DNA of 64,000 nt, from the NCBI RefSeq assembly GCF_006345805.1, contig NC_043021.1, positions 5,208,001 through 5,272,000 on the forward strand. The letters are read 5' to 3'. The translations under genes and the position numbers were made by a program. This DNA comes from Octopus sinensis (Eukaryota). Numbering within the stretch: position 1 is the stretch's first letter; each line of letters starts with the position of its first letter. Positions 1 to 15,078 of this stretch are shown in pieces. The notes beneath the pieces are model-generated. The model was not told where the DNA came from, made no database searches, and saw only the letters and a program-made list of their open reading frames with translations.

Positions 1-436
1 ATCAAACCTTAGTCGCAATTAATGTTCCTAACACTAGCTGAACGATAACTAAGTTATTTTACTAAATTCTTTGTTATATTTAAAATAATTGAAAGAAACA
101 CAGAGCATCTCAAAATAAATCCAGTAACGAAAGGGTTAACTGATAGTACAGCTTTTTTATTTTTTACTTCTTTAAGTGACTGAATTGTGGCCATGCTGGG
201 GCACTGACTTGAAGGGTTTAGTAAAACAAATTGATCCCAGTACTTATTTTATTTCTAAGTCTGATACTTATTCTGTTGATCACTTTTGCTGAACTGCTAA
301 GTTACAGAGATGTAAATAAACCAATACCAGTTTTCATAAAGTGGTGCACACAAACACACGAATAACAACTGATGAGAAATGGGACCGAAGGGGACAGCAC
401 AACCATGGGGACAATGGAAACAATCGATATACTTAC

Positions 437-618
437 TGACATTGCAAATGAAAGGCAGCTGGACATCGGTCACAGCAAAGTAGATCACCACCTTCTTTAC
501 AGCTATCACAACAATCATGGTTGACAGTACGTCCAGGGCGTCGATACTCTCTCACCGGTCTTTTGGGTTTTCTGGAAGGATCTTCAGAGGTTGGTGGAGC
601 TACCAACTTTAAGATTTG
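437..618 (-). CDS. PHF12: PHD finger protein 12, coding exon 2 (gene continues beyond left edge)
   Basis: Translates [60 protein letters not shown], matching the remembered PHF12 PHD1 start ([28 protein letters not shown]). AG acceptor at 620-619, GTAAGT donor from 436; 182 nt, ends in phase 2. Confidence 0.95.
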
Positions 619-1224
619 CTGTTAATGGAGGTGAAAGGAAAAACAAAAATGAGTCATGTATGTTATAACTGAGTCCTATCAACCCTTTTGATAATAATCC
701 CACCTGAGACAGCCCTTCATTCTCTGGTAAAAGCTCCTGTTTTAAAGTAATTTAAATTAAAACCTTCCAAACACCAGCTTAATAATTGACTTAGCCCTTA
801 ATTTCAAAATTAACAAAAGCAGTGCATTCCAACAGAAATATGGTAACAAAAGGGCTAACATCATCATCATTTAGCATCTGGAAGAATTACCCACAGGTAT
901 AGGTAAATATTTCATTTATTTCTTACCACATTTATCGCTGACGAGGAGAAAATTCTTATGAATTAACTGTGAAATTGGGACCGATTTAATAACAACGGAA
1001 TTTTGTAGAAATTTCTGTCAGCTTACTTTGAGACGCGTGCTTATAGTGATAAATTATATGGTTACTGATGAATTTGTCTACTTTCGGCATATTTGGTATT
1101 AGAATTTTTTCTTTTACCCTTGTTTATAAGTTGTTTATGAATTTAACCTTTAAAGGTATTTTTTAATATGCTGGCCATTGATAGAATTTCTTTTTGAAAA
1201 ATTTTATCCTATATTAGATATATA

Positions 1225-1597
1225 TCTCTCTCTATATAAACGGCAGTTTGTCTGTGCGTGTTCTGTGTGTCTTTTTTCTCGTACCCCACCCTGACCACGC
1301 TTTCACCATTCTGATGAACTTGACACACCATAGCCCAATGTCATAATTCAAAACTAACGCAGCAAAAATTTTGAAAAGTTCCCCCAGTTCTGAAAAAGAT
1401 CGATAAATTCACATGGGGTCGAATTTCAGAAAACAAACCACAACCGTCTAGGGGACGCAACTCCACCTTTTTTAACTGTCAAAAAAATTTACCATCATTT
1501 TTTTCCATTTTTTTGCTATTTTTTGGCTATAACTCTCTAAAAATGCTTTATAGTTATTTCCCTTACAAACCGGAGCAACGCCGGGCGATACTGCTAG
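1225..1597 (+). mobile_element. Non-autonomous Helitron
   Basis: A|TC 5' end, CCGGAGCAACGCCGGG 3' hairpin, CTAG|T 3' end, no TSD. Confidence 0.88.
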
Positions 1598-2595
1598 TAT
1601 ATAATATAACGGTGGTGCATCAGCATGACCGCAGCTCTGAGCTGAAACTATAGAGAGAAAAAAAAATATATATATATATATATAATATATATATATATAT
1701 ATACACACATACACACACACACATGCATGCACAGACAGACAGACATACACACACACACAGAGTGAAAGAGAGAAATTCTAACATGGATACATGTGAGTAA
1801 ACAAACCTGTTTCTAAGAAAGTCAAAAGAATAAATCAAAGTGACAACAAATGTGACATCTTGACAAGACCAACCACAACTATCCTGGTGCGTCTTTCAAC
1901 ATTTCTAAACTATTTCGGAGCCTTTTTTACTAACAAATGACAGCAATGGACATTGAAACCTATCTCACGTTAATTTTCCCCACCTGTACCCTCTTTGCTC
2001 TTTGCCATGCTTACATGTCAAGGTGGTTTAATGAAGCAGAGATGTTTGTCTTCATGCTGGCTAAATCACTAGATGTGTCCTAGTTTATCCATTTATAAAA
2101 TCTTTATATATAAAAGTGAGGTTGTGTGCTGTCTGTCTCCTACAATTTAGATTCCTAACTACTCCCACATTTTGCGGTGCAGTTTAACCAAAACCGGGTA
2201 TCTTATAGTCGTGATTCATATCGAGCCCTTCTGGGTATTAGCGAGTGTCTACGATGAGTCTACGATTTTAAAAAAAATTTACCATCAAAATAAGTATTAG
2301 GCTTACAAAGAATAAGTCCTGGGGTCGATTTGATCAACTAAAGGTGGTGCTCCAGCATGGCCACAGTCACATGACTGAAACAAGTAAAAGAGTAAAAGAG
2401 AGAGATATTTGTTTTGCAAGATTCTTGATGTGAAATCGTTTGTTGAAACAGATATTGTTGTCCTTGGGGATGGCCATGTTGCCAGTTTAGCCAATAAAAA
2501 CACTCATTATATATTTGGTGTTCATTTGCCTCAGCTTTATTTTATTGCTGATCGTTAGTAAGGAAAGACACACAAATAAGAAAGAAGAAAGCAAA

Positions 2596-2640
2596 GGACC
2601 ACTGATGAGGTCACGGAAGTGTGACGAAAGAACTCTGGCC
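2596..2640 (+). ncRNA. Type I hammerhead ribozyme motif (Penelope-like, minimal)
   Basis: GG(A)CCA CTGATGA G GTCAC-GGAAGT-GTGAC GAAAG AA CT C | TGGCC. Intact core, 5-bp stem II, very short stem III, bulged stem I. Confidence 0.6.
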
Positions 2641-3143
2641 GAAATACGATTAATGTAAAAAATAATATAAAGCTGAAGCAAATTAACACCAAATATATAG
2701 TGCGTGTGTTTTTATTGGCTAAACTGGCAACATGACCATCCCCAAAGACAACAATAATTTTATATAATATGTATTCTTTTATTCTTTTACTTGTTTCAGT
2801 CATTTGACTATGGCCATGCTGGAGCACTGCTTTACAGGGTTTTAGTCAAACAATTCAACCCCACAACTTTTTTTTTAAGACTAGTGTTTATTCTACCAGT
2901 CTCTTTTCCTGAACCGCTAAGTTACGTGGGACGTAAACACACCAACACCAGTTGTGAAACGTTGATGGGGGGACAAACACAAACACAAAAACAGATATAT
3001 ATATATATATATATATATGTTTGTGTGTGTGTGTATCATCATTACCCTTGTTTCTCGTCCCCCTTCCGTGCTGGCATGAGTTGAATGGTTTGACAAGAGC
3101 TGGCCAGGTGGGAGCCTGTGCCATGCTTCTGAGTGTGTTTTGA

Positions 3144-3520
3144 CATGGTTTTTAGGGCTGGATGCCCTTCCTAACACCAACCACTCCATAGAGTGGACTG
3201 AGTACTTTTTACGTGGTGCCAGCACAGGTGTGATCAGTTTTGGCATGGTTTTTAGGGCTGGATGCCCTTCCTAACACCAACCACTCCATAGAGTGGGCTG
3301 AGTGCTTTTTACGTGGTGCCAGCACAGGTGTGATCAGTTTTGGCATGGTTTTTAGGGCTGGATGCCCTTCCTAACACCAACCACTCCATAGAGTGGACTG
3401 AGTGCTTTTTACATGGCACTCACACAGGCATGGTCAATTTTGGTATGGTTTTTACAGCTGGATGCCCTTCCAAATGCCAACCACTTTACCGTGTGGACTG
3501 GGTGCTTTTTATGTGGCACC
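3144..3520. repeat. 100-bp tandem repeat x3.7 derived from an RTE 3' end
   Basis: (C/T)ATGGTTTTTA recurs at 3144, 3244, 3344 and 3444. Confidence 0.9.
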
Positions 3521-3849
3521 TGCACTGATGGAGTCACTATCTGACATTGCAAGACAAAACGTCTTTGAGAGGGGAGGAGGCACTGGGGGATGTGATTTTG
3601 TGTCAGATGTTGAAAGATTAGTGTGACAGAGAGGCAGAAACAGATGTCCTGTTGTAGAGGGGGTACATGGTTACCCAACAAGGAAAGGGAGAGAGAGAGA
3701 GAGAGGAAGAGAAAGAGAGTGAGAGTTAACAGGAGTGAGGGCAGAAAGAATTACCTAGAGAGAGAGAGAGAGAGTGGGTGTTAACAAGAGATGTGCTGCT
3801 GTAAAGGAGATACAAAGTTACCTAGCCAGGGGGTAAGGGCAAGGGGAGG

Positions 3850-4430
3850 ATGGAGAGAGAGAGAGAGTGATCAAGAATTAGGGCAATAATGGGTTTGTTG
3901 CTGTAGAGGAGATACATGATTACTCATCCAGAGGGGAGAGCTAGAGAAAGAGAGAGGGAGAGTAGGAGAGGGATGACGGCAAGAGCCAGGGTATACTTGC
4001 AAGGAACGGGGATCAGGGCATAAATGGGGGTGGCGGAGAGTAAGAGGAGATGGAGAGAGAGAGAGAGAGTGATCAAGAATTAGGGCAATAATGGGTTGTT
4101 GCTGTAGAGGAGATACATGATTACTCATCCAGAGGGGAGAGCTAGAGAAAGAGAGAGGGAGAGTAGGAGAGGGATGACGGCAAGAGCCAGGGTATACTTG
4201 CAAGGAACGGGGATCAGGGCATAAATGGGGTGGCGGAGTAAGGAAGATGGAGAGAGAGAGAGATCAAGAATGAGGGCAATAATGGGTTTGTTGGTGTAGA
4301 GGAGATACATGATTACTCAGCCAGAGGGGAGAGCAAGGGAAAGAGAGAAGGAGAGTATGAGAGGGATGACGGCATGAGACAGGGTATCCTTGCAAGGAAC
4401 AGGGATCAGAGAATAGAGTAAGGAAAAGGG
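3850..4430. repeat. Purine-rich ~190-200-bp tandem repeat x3
   Basis: TCAAGAAT(T/G)AGGGCAATAATGGG at 3871, 4073 and 4264. Confidence 0.9.
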
Positions 4431-5083
4431 AGATGAATTGTGATATATATATAGGAAACAAGTTTAAAATAATGGTTATTATAAGTTTTTTTCTTTATTG
4501 GAGCTAACATTAAGTTATCTAAACTTTCGAAAATGCATTTCAGCAAAATGTAATTTTTAAATATCTGTTTAAAGAATTATGAATAAACAAAGTCAGGGGA
4601 GGTAGAGAGAGAAATCTGTCATCGACATAATCGTTAGATCCACTTTTGAAAACAGCTCTGCAAAATTTAATTTCAACCTATATATTTTCCAGAGTCCTGC
4701 AGAAACAAATTCCTTCCATAGTTTTATAACGACGAACTCAGGGATTTAAAAAGAAAAAACACTTCAAAATATGAACAACACCACGATTGTCTCCCCTTGC
4801 TATTTTCGGTGTCAACGAAAGGCAGTAAGCAACTAAAATATATTCCGCAGCTTTCCAACCATTTATTATCAAAGATCGTTCAAAGAATTTAAGAATCCTA
4901 TTATTTGCGTTAAATGTAAATATTTATCCAACTTCCACTGCGCGATATGTTTCGTGGCGAAATGTAAATCTTAAATAGTAAAGAAAACTACTTTGAATCA
5001 CATGTGAAAAAGTAAAGGTCATGATGAAACAAATAGTACTCTACCAGTTTAGTTCACAAAATAGACCCAGTACTTAAATGTAT

Positions 5084-6645
<1,562 letters not shown>

Positions 6646-7589
6646 TGAAATGTTAGTGCCAAGCAGAGTTTAGGCATAAGCAAAATGTAGTTAGTTAAAA
6701 TGAGTGTAGGACAAAGGCCCCATAGTTAAAGTGGACAGAAGCCCCACGGTTAAATTTTTAGATTATTTTTCCGGTTTTTTTTTTTCATCTTTTACTCGTT
6801 TGAGGCCACGTTGGGGCAGCGGCTTGAAGAATTTTTAGTTGAACGTATGGACCCCAGAATTTTTTATATTTTTACTTGTTAGTTATAAGGCTGTGACCAT
6901 GCTGGGGCACCACCTTTTGAAGAATTTTTAGTCGAATCTCACGACCCCAGAATTATTTTTAATGATTTTCAACCAGCACATGAACTTAAACCTAGAAGAT
7001 AACTCCACATGCTAGAAATACCCCCAAATCTCCTGAAATTTTTTTATAACTTCCTCAGTTTTTTTTTTTTTGGTTTTTTTTTTCTAAAAATCTTTTTACT
7101 TGTTTCAGTTATTGGACTGCAGCCATACTGGGGCACCAGGTTGAAGGATTTTTGGTCGCAGAAAAATCTGCATTTTAAAATGTATATTTGAAGTCTTTTG
7201 TTTCCTTCTCTCAACATTTACAGATTAATGAGAATAAGTTGACCTTTTGAACATTCTCCGGCCAATGAAGGTCTAACAGAATTATAGCGCCGATGGCTAG
7301 TCATTTACAGCTGAATGCCTTTCCTAACACCAACCACCCTGTTGAGTGGACTGAGTGCATTTTATGCGGCACCAGCACTGGTGGGGTCACCAAGTGACTT
7401 TACAAGTCAAGGATTCTTTGAGAGGGGAGGCGGCATTGGAGGAGGTGATCTATCATGCATTATATTGTAGCTTTGAGATTTATTATTTTTAGAATCGCAC
7501 TGAAGGGTAAGTGTAAGTGGCTAGATACGGGCAGTTTGAATGTAAGACACGTAGAATATTTGGGCAGGATATGACCAGTTTAAATAACT

Positions 7590-8870
7590 GATTACAAGTT
7601 GATGAACACTTTCAGCATCAATTCATCTGCTGTCAATGAATTCATGACACCATTACAATCAAAATGAAATCTTCCTTCTTCAACTTTTGACAAATTTTTG
7701 CTTAAATGACCAGATAGGTCATCTCCAAAGAGATTGGTTTGTGTTTGTAGACAGCTTGAAAATTTTGACTTTAATTCAAAGCAATGACAATCTAAAGCAA
7801 ACACAGATTTCATTGGCATCAGTTCTTTTTGGGATCACAGGTAGGGTCAGATGGATTGCAATGTCCTGTTTAGGGCTTCCAGAAACCCCTTGTTAACCAT
7901 TGTACATTTACCTCAGACAATCATTCCCAAGTTCTTAGCAAGAAGAGTCTGACAGCAGAATGTGCTGTACAGCCTCCAGGAAGAAATGCAGCAACATCAT
8001 CCAAAGAAACACCTGCAATAGCTATACCTTTATACTGACAGGCTTTGATAAGCAACAAACTGATCCCGAATGTCTTTCCAATCCCACCATGGACATCAAG
8101 GAAGCAAGATTCAGCTTCATAATGAATGCAGTTAAAAAGAGCAGGTAAGACTGCCCTCTGGTTTGCAATAGGTTTGGGTTCACCGCCAACATATATGTCT
8201 CTCAACATTTCTGTTGCTAAATCATTGACTTCAGTGTAGATAGATTAAGGAGGCCATAGTTCGGAAGTTCTTGACCATTTATATCCTTTATCCGATCATG
8301 GCTGTTGCCAGCCTCACCTGGCCCCCGTGCCGGTGGCACGTAAAAAGCACCATCCGACCGTGGCTGTTTGCCAGCCCCGTCTGGCACCTGTGCCAGTGGC
8401 ATGTAAAAAGCACCCACTACACTCACGGAGTGGTTGGCATTAGGAAGGGCATCCAGCCATAGAAACACTGCCAGATCAGACTGGGCCTGGTGCAGCCTTC
8501 TGGCTTCCCAGACCCCAGTTGAACCGTCCAACCCATGCTAGCATGGAAAGTGGACGCTAAATGATGATGATGATGATCTTGTCAATGAGGATGACATTAC
8601 AGATCTCATCTGTGTACCCTATTTCCAAACCAGGGTACAGAGATGAAATTTGTGTCCCCAGACAGGGTACACGTCATCATGATACTTGAGCCAAAACTGC
8701 TACACATCGGATGGCTCACAGCATTTAAATAACATGGTGAAGGAATCCCTAAAACTCAAGGCTGTTTGAAATAGAGAAGCTTTTGTCTCTATTTCCTGCC
8801 ACTGTGCATCACTCTCCAGTAATCCAAATATAAAAATGTCTTTCAATAAGTGGTATGGAAACTGATAGAA
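7590..8870 (-). mobile_element. Autonomous Helitron RepHel remnant (PIF1 helicase region), interrupted by an RTE 3' end at 8280-8580
   Basis: GLLESDAQW...RDSF..L..CEPS; FLDVHGGIGKTF...LPGGCTAHS (motifs I/Ia); CTM..K..LEALNRTLQ; LPVIP; many stops. Confidence 0.8.
8280..8580 (+). mobile_element. RTE 3' end copy; similar copies at about 3035-3550, 11185-11430, 21645-21870, 34380-34645, 57460-57570, 62320-62480 (minus) and 45540-45900, 50485-50845 (plus)
   Basis: Shared GGAAGGGCATCCAGC...CCATGCTAGCATGGAAA...AAATGATGATG terminus, matching the 3' end of the 39755-43616 element. Confidence 0.85.
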
Positions 8871-9629
8871 GCCTGTCATATACATGTCTGGCAATGTAGA
8901 AATATAATCTTTCTTGGAAATGGGTGAAGGTTGGTGACAGGAAGGGCATCTGGCTGTAGAAAATCTGCCACAACAACATCTTTCTTGCCCATGCAAGCAT
9001 GGGAAAGTGGACATTAAAACAATGATGTGATTATGATTTGAACACACCACTACAAAATCTGACTCTTCCCTTCAATTCATTAAAACTAATTGCATAAGTG
9101 AGAGATCATCATCATCATCATCATTTTACGTTTGCCTGAGTATCACAGAAACCGATGTGTTGGAGAACTGCATCATGTTCAGTTTTGTCATGGTTTCTAA
9201 AACTGGAAACTCTGCCTAACGTCAATCTCTAGAATGCTTTTTTCTTTCCTTCTGTGGCACCAGCACCGTAAGGGAGGTCTAGCTCTCAGCAGGACCAAAG
9301 ATTCTGCTCAACTGTGCACTGTCTCTACGCAATTCACCATCCAGTTTACAGAGTGTACTGGATGCTTTTTTTCATGTCACCATCACAGATGAAGTAGAGA
9401 AATAGACATTAAGTAGAATGATGAGAGTAAAGCATGATGAGGAGATTTATTATTGTGAGAGGTGGGTAGTGGAAAGAGTAACAGAGTAGATACAGTTGGG
9501 GGGGAAGGATGGAAGGGGAGGGAAAATGAAAGAGTAATGTTAAAGCTTAGTGAGATCAGAGAAGTGAGGATTATAGAGGTGGTATTGGGAAGGGAGCATG
9601 TACACAAACTTTTTCCTCAACCTAATATA

Positions 9630-9981
9630 TATATATATATAAAATCCATTCTGTCTGTCTGTCTGTTTTCTAGGATCTCGGGCATCCTCCATCCGATTGC
9701 GCTCAGATTTGATATGTAGATACCAACGGTATCAGGGCATGTACAAGTCTTGAAAAAATTACAAAAATCGATTCCAGGTGAGAATGCAATCGATAAAGCC
9801 GTAGGAAATCGTGTTTCTTTGGAATAGCAAAAAAGTCTGTCTTTATTTCTTCTTTTGCTGGTGTCTCAAATTTAGGTTAAATCAGTGTTTCTCAACGGTC
9901 GGACAAGTTGTTTTGAGCAAATTTGGTTTAGATGTTTGACAACCTAGCACCATCCATTGGACGGAGGGGCGTTTTGCTCGT
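9630..9981 (+). mobile_element. Probable second non-autonomous Helitron-like family (a third, truncated one at about 2100-2285)
   Basis: ATATATAAAA start, (CTGT)n subterminal repeat, GC-rich 3' segment ending CTCG|T. Confidence 0.45.
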
Positions 9982-10485
9982 ATATATATATATATATATA
10001 TATATGCAATGTCATCCGTCATTGTTGATGATGACCAAGAACATCAACCTGTGAGAAGATGGGTCACAGTGTGTCACAGGCTGTGGTTGAGCAGACAATG
10101 TGGGCTCAGGAGGCTCCGTTGCAGATTGGGTACTGGTGATCTGCTGAGAATGAAAGCAAGGAATTGGCTCTGGATTTGCACAGTTCATATTTTTGGGGTT
10201 TTTGTACTCCTGTGATTTTATTCTATTTGCAGGCAGTGGTCTCTATGTTGGTGCAGCTACGCCAGGTAGGACAGTCTTGTGCTCTCCCATGTGTCAGGGT
10301 TGATCTGAAAGCCCTTCGGTGAAGCTTTGAATTGTTTCTTTTTTTTTTCTGTCTATTTTGTGTGCACTTTCCTTCTACTAGTTCACTGTAAAAGTCTTTT
10401 GGGTAGTCATGCATCAGACATTCAAAACTAGATCGTTAGCCACTACACACATCCTTTTTTTTCTCTCCTTGTTTTTTCTGTGTCC

Positions 10486-10521
10486 CTTTCTGTAGAAGAG
10501 CGTAGGCTCGAAACGTAAAAG
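10486..10521 (+). ncRNA. Hammerhead-like motif with A6U core change at a Penelope-like terminus
   Basis: CTTT CTGTAGA A GAGC-GTAG-GCTC GAAAC GT A | AAAG. Fold intact, core deviates (CTGTAGA). Confidence 0.5.
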
Positions 10522-10653
10522 ACTTTTTTTCTATTCCTGAGTGTTATACTAATACATCTGTTTGTTTTGTACACCACCTGTCTTCGTCTTTTGTTTTTTT
10601 CGTAAACTCTCACTATACATATAAACACACACACAAATACATATATACACGTG

Positions 10654-10720
<67 letters not shown>

Positions 10721-10888
10721 AAACAGAGTTAGTGGTTATAATAACCAACTAAGGGATAAAATATCCGTATGTACTATCGGTATCCATTACCCGTGTTACC
10801 ACCAGGCATTGGTGTGCAGGCACACTATGCGTGTAGAGTGCAGGTAACAAATACAAATAATCATTTTCTGATTATTTGTATGTGTGTG

Positions 10889-11185
10889 TGCAATGGCCCA
10901 ATGGTTAGAGCAGTGGACTCGCGGTCCTAGGAACGTGGTTTCGATTCCCAGACTGGGCGTTGTGAGTGTTTATTGAGCGAAAACACCTAAAGCTCCACGA
11001 GGCTCCGGCAGGGGGTGATGGCGATGCCTGCTGTACTCTTTCGCCACAACTTTCTCTCACTCTTTCTTCTGTTGGCCTGCTCGCTTAGCCAGCGGGGTGG
11101 CGTCATTTGAAGGCTAAAACAATGCAAAGCGCATTGTGACCTGCGATGTATAGCAACATCTGAAATCCTGGTCGGTCACGGTGAT
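10889..11185 (+). mobile_element. SINE family C with tRNA(Arg)-like head; copies at 28372-28652, 38100-38400 and partial 54640-54690 (minus)
   Basis: TGGCCCAATGGTTAG A box, GGTTTCGATTCCC B box, shared body and GGTCACG(T)GAT end. Confidence 0.85.
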
Positions 11186-11999
11186 CATCATCATCATCAT
11201 CATCATTTAACGTCCGCTTTCCATGCTAGCATGGGTTGGACGGTTCAACTGGGGTCTGGGGAGCCCGAAAGCTGCACCAGTCCAGTCAGATCTGGCAGTG
11301 TTTCTACAGCTGGATGCCCTTCCTAACGCCAACCACTCCGAGAGTGTAGTGGGTGATTTTATGTGCCACCGACACAGGTGCCAGACGAGGCTGGCAAACG
11401 TCCACGCTCGGATGGTGTTTTTTATGTATATATATATATATAAAACGTAGGTGCAGTAATGGTTGTGTGGTCAAGAAGTCAGCTTTCAAACCAATGCTCT
11501 CACATTCAATTCTAGTACAGAATGGTACTTTGGGCAAGAGGCTTCAACAATAGCCCAGGGCCAACCAAAGACTTCTGAATGGATTTAGTAAATGGAAGCT
11601 GAAAAAAGTCTGTACTTCAGATTTTTTGCAAATAACTTGCATATAGATGCAAGTGCTACAAGTTGAAGGCTCTGCATACTGGATGTTAGCAAGCTTATGG
11701 GGTCACTAGGAGAGAATGCATATTTTATATATATATATATATATATAGACACACAAAGACATGATAATACATATAGAAACACACATTATATACATAGTCC
11801 CACATCACCGCTTGACAACCGGAACTAGTTTGTTTACGACCCCGTAACATAGCGGTTCAGCATGAGAGACCGATAGAAAGAGTATTGGGGGTTGATTTGT
11901 TCGACTAAAATTCTTCAAGGCGATGCCCCAGTATGGCCGCAGTCCAATGACTGAAACGAGTAAAAAATAAAAACGATAAACGATAATATATACATACAT

Positions 12000-12051
<52 letters not shown>

Positions 12052-12982
12052 CTGTATCATGTGATCACAGAAAGACTGAAGTCTGAAAAACAAAAGATGC
12101 AACGGAATCGTCGCGGCTGGAAGGCCTTTTTCATCGTAGGTGTTGCTTGATTAGAGTTGACCTAGGGTTAAACAACAACAACACCGTGTAGGTGTTCTAC
12201 TGTGTAGAATTATAATTACTTCACTAATTAACTGTCATCAATAAACAAATCCGATTTCGGATATGTATGATGAGTGTGTGCACATCTTTTGTGTATGTGT
12301 GCAGAGTGTCACACATGCACTTAAGCAAGACAGACAATGAAAAATCTTGATAGTTCGTGGGAAAATAAATAGACGTGATTTTCAAATATATATATCAAGG
12401 CATAAATGTTTACAAAAATACATTTAGATATATATATATATATTTGTTTTAATAAATACAAAGGATAGAGGTTAAAGTTTGGTTTACATGTTGAGGGGGT
12501 TTTGAGAGAAAGATGAAAAAGGGGGTAACTTTAAACAGGGCTGGATCGGATTGTCTCACTAAAAACAAATAAATCACACGAAGGACTCTTTCAAAAGAAA
12601 CTAGTTTGTTTTCCTTTCATTTCTTTTTTATCTTTTTTTAATACAAAAATACTAAAATGAGGGGAACACACGAGAGAAAAACGAGCAGAATTTAGCAGCC
12701 AAACCTGAAGATGTGTTGATAGCTAGTAAGAAGTCCCTTCCACCATGACCACCACAAGACCAAAAATATAGATTAGAAGAAAATATTGACTGTAAACACA
12801 CTTCTTTGACACCAGAATTCAATTAAATGGTTTTAGATAAAGAGAAAAATATGCAATTTTGACAGAACCTGAATAAAACAATACTATTTCGTCTATCTGA
12901 ACGGAGCAAACAACCAAAAGTTAATACATAAATCCAATCATTGTTATTCCTTCAACTTCTAAATTACATCCACCTTAGCTTC

Positions 12983-13043
<61 letters not shown>

Positions 13044-13484
13044 TAAGCAATAAAGGGTTTAGCAACGATTACCTTACCACATACCGAATTTAGAAATAGC
13101 AGTCAAAGAGTTATAGCTATTTCTTCTACTAAAAGGGAGATCTCAGTAAAAACAGCAATATATATATATATATACACATCCACAGATTCTTCTCTTTATT
13201 TTTTAAATGGTAGAGAGAAAACAAACAAAAGACACGACTGTTTTCTCATAGTTTCGATGTGTCTTTATTATTATTATTATTATTATCTAAAATCTCTTAT
13301 ATAGAGTGCGACACAAAGAAGGGAATCTTGTCCCACTCCAACAATTGTTTATTGCTGTGAAGAGACAGTTTATTGCTTTATTCTGTCCGTGGTTTTTAGA
13401 GACGACGACACTGTGACATTCGGTTAAGAATATTAACCAAGACACTTAAGATCGTCATGAGGAGCAATTATATTCTCATCTTTT

Positions 13485-13551
13485 AGTCATATTTCCAGAA
13501 AGGTAGCCATCCATCCATACATATATACACACATATATATAATATATATAT

Positions 13552-13607
<56 letters not shown>

Positions 13608-13766
13608 CATACATACATACATACATACACAGTAGATATACATACATACACAGTAGATATATACACAGATTATATTTCCAGAAAGGTAGCCATACATATA
13701 TATAATATATATACACATATATATAATATATATACACATATATATATAATATATATATATATACAC

Positions 13767-13817
<51 letters not shown>

Positions 13818-14090
13818 TATATATACATACATACACAGTAAATATATACATAGATTATATTTCCAGAAAGCCATCCATCCATCCATACATATATACACAT
13901 ATATATAATATATATATACACATATATATAATATATATATACATATAATATAATATATAATATATATAATATATATATATATATATACATACATACACAG
14001 CAGATATATATACACAGATTATATAATATATATATATATACATATATAAATTCTGTGTATATATATATATATATATATGTGTGTATATTG
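13485..14090. repeat. Compound TA-rich minisatellite, ~185-bp unit x3
   Basis: ATATTTCCAGAAAG anchor recurs at about 13490, 13675 and 13860. Confidence 0.85.
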
Positions 14091-15078
14091 CATACGTAGC
14101 TGTGAAAAAACATTTTCTCTGTTGCTAACTTTTTTTCCTTAACAATAAACATTAAATCCTAAACCATTATCTTGTTGTTTCATCTCACTTTTCTGACGGC
14201 AAGTGTTTACGTTATGTATTTCTTTATTCGTTCGTCGATGTTACTAATATTATGAAGTTAGCATCTCTCTCTGTGTTGTATATATTAATACATGTCAAAC
14301 AATAAGCAACACTTTCGAACTAGTCGGACCCATAATGGGGGATCGTTTCCACATAGATTTCATCTATTAAACTGATCCCCTACTTCTCGTCCACCCGAGA
14401 CTGAAATTTAGAAACATGTTGGCTGAGTCAGGGGGAGGTAATCGCGGTTAAACCAATTTTTCAAAACTACTAAAGTCGGACGAGAAATTTCACAAAATTC
14501 GCCTAAATCGGGCTTTATTTAAATAAAATAGACTTAATTGTTAGCTTGGACGGATTAATCGAGACATGTGAGATGTAACTGACACTAAAAAACAATCGAG
14601 ATGGTTGTTTGCAAACGTTTGATCGATGGGGAAGAGAAATAAAAATGTAGTTTGTACAGAGGGAAAGACAAGAGAGAAATTTAAGTTGATGGAATAAAGA
14701 GAGAATTGTCGAAGATAGTACAATAAAAATATAGGGAAATATTGCAAAAGTGGGGTAAAATGACCAGGGAAAATAGGAGTTGAGCACAATGATTGAGAAG
14801 CGATGGGTGAGAGAATATTTTAGCGGGTATTTAATGACGGATAGACACTGTTTTGTCGGATTGGCTTTTCACCGCCTTTGGATGTGTTAAGTTTGTCAAG
14901 CACTGACACTTCTCGGCGATTAAGAGCTGGGATTTCAAAGCAGACAAACTGAACATTCTAAGAATCTTGCAGACAACACTTGACTGACAGAAGGAAAATC
15001 ATTAAGATGGCTAACATGCATTAAATAAACAGACAGATAGAGAAAAAGAAGTACAGCGGTTAACGAAGAAAGCTTCAC

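Noticed and set aside
920-995. Hammerhead candidate CTGACGA...GAAATTGGGAC|CGAT
   Set aside because: No NUH triplet and stem III cannot form; at best a decayed motif.
10889-10965. tRNA gene
   Set aside because: tRNA-like head of a multicopy SINE, continuous with the SINE body; no clean cloverleaf.
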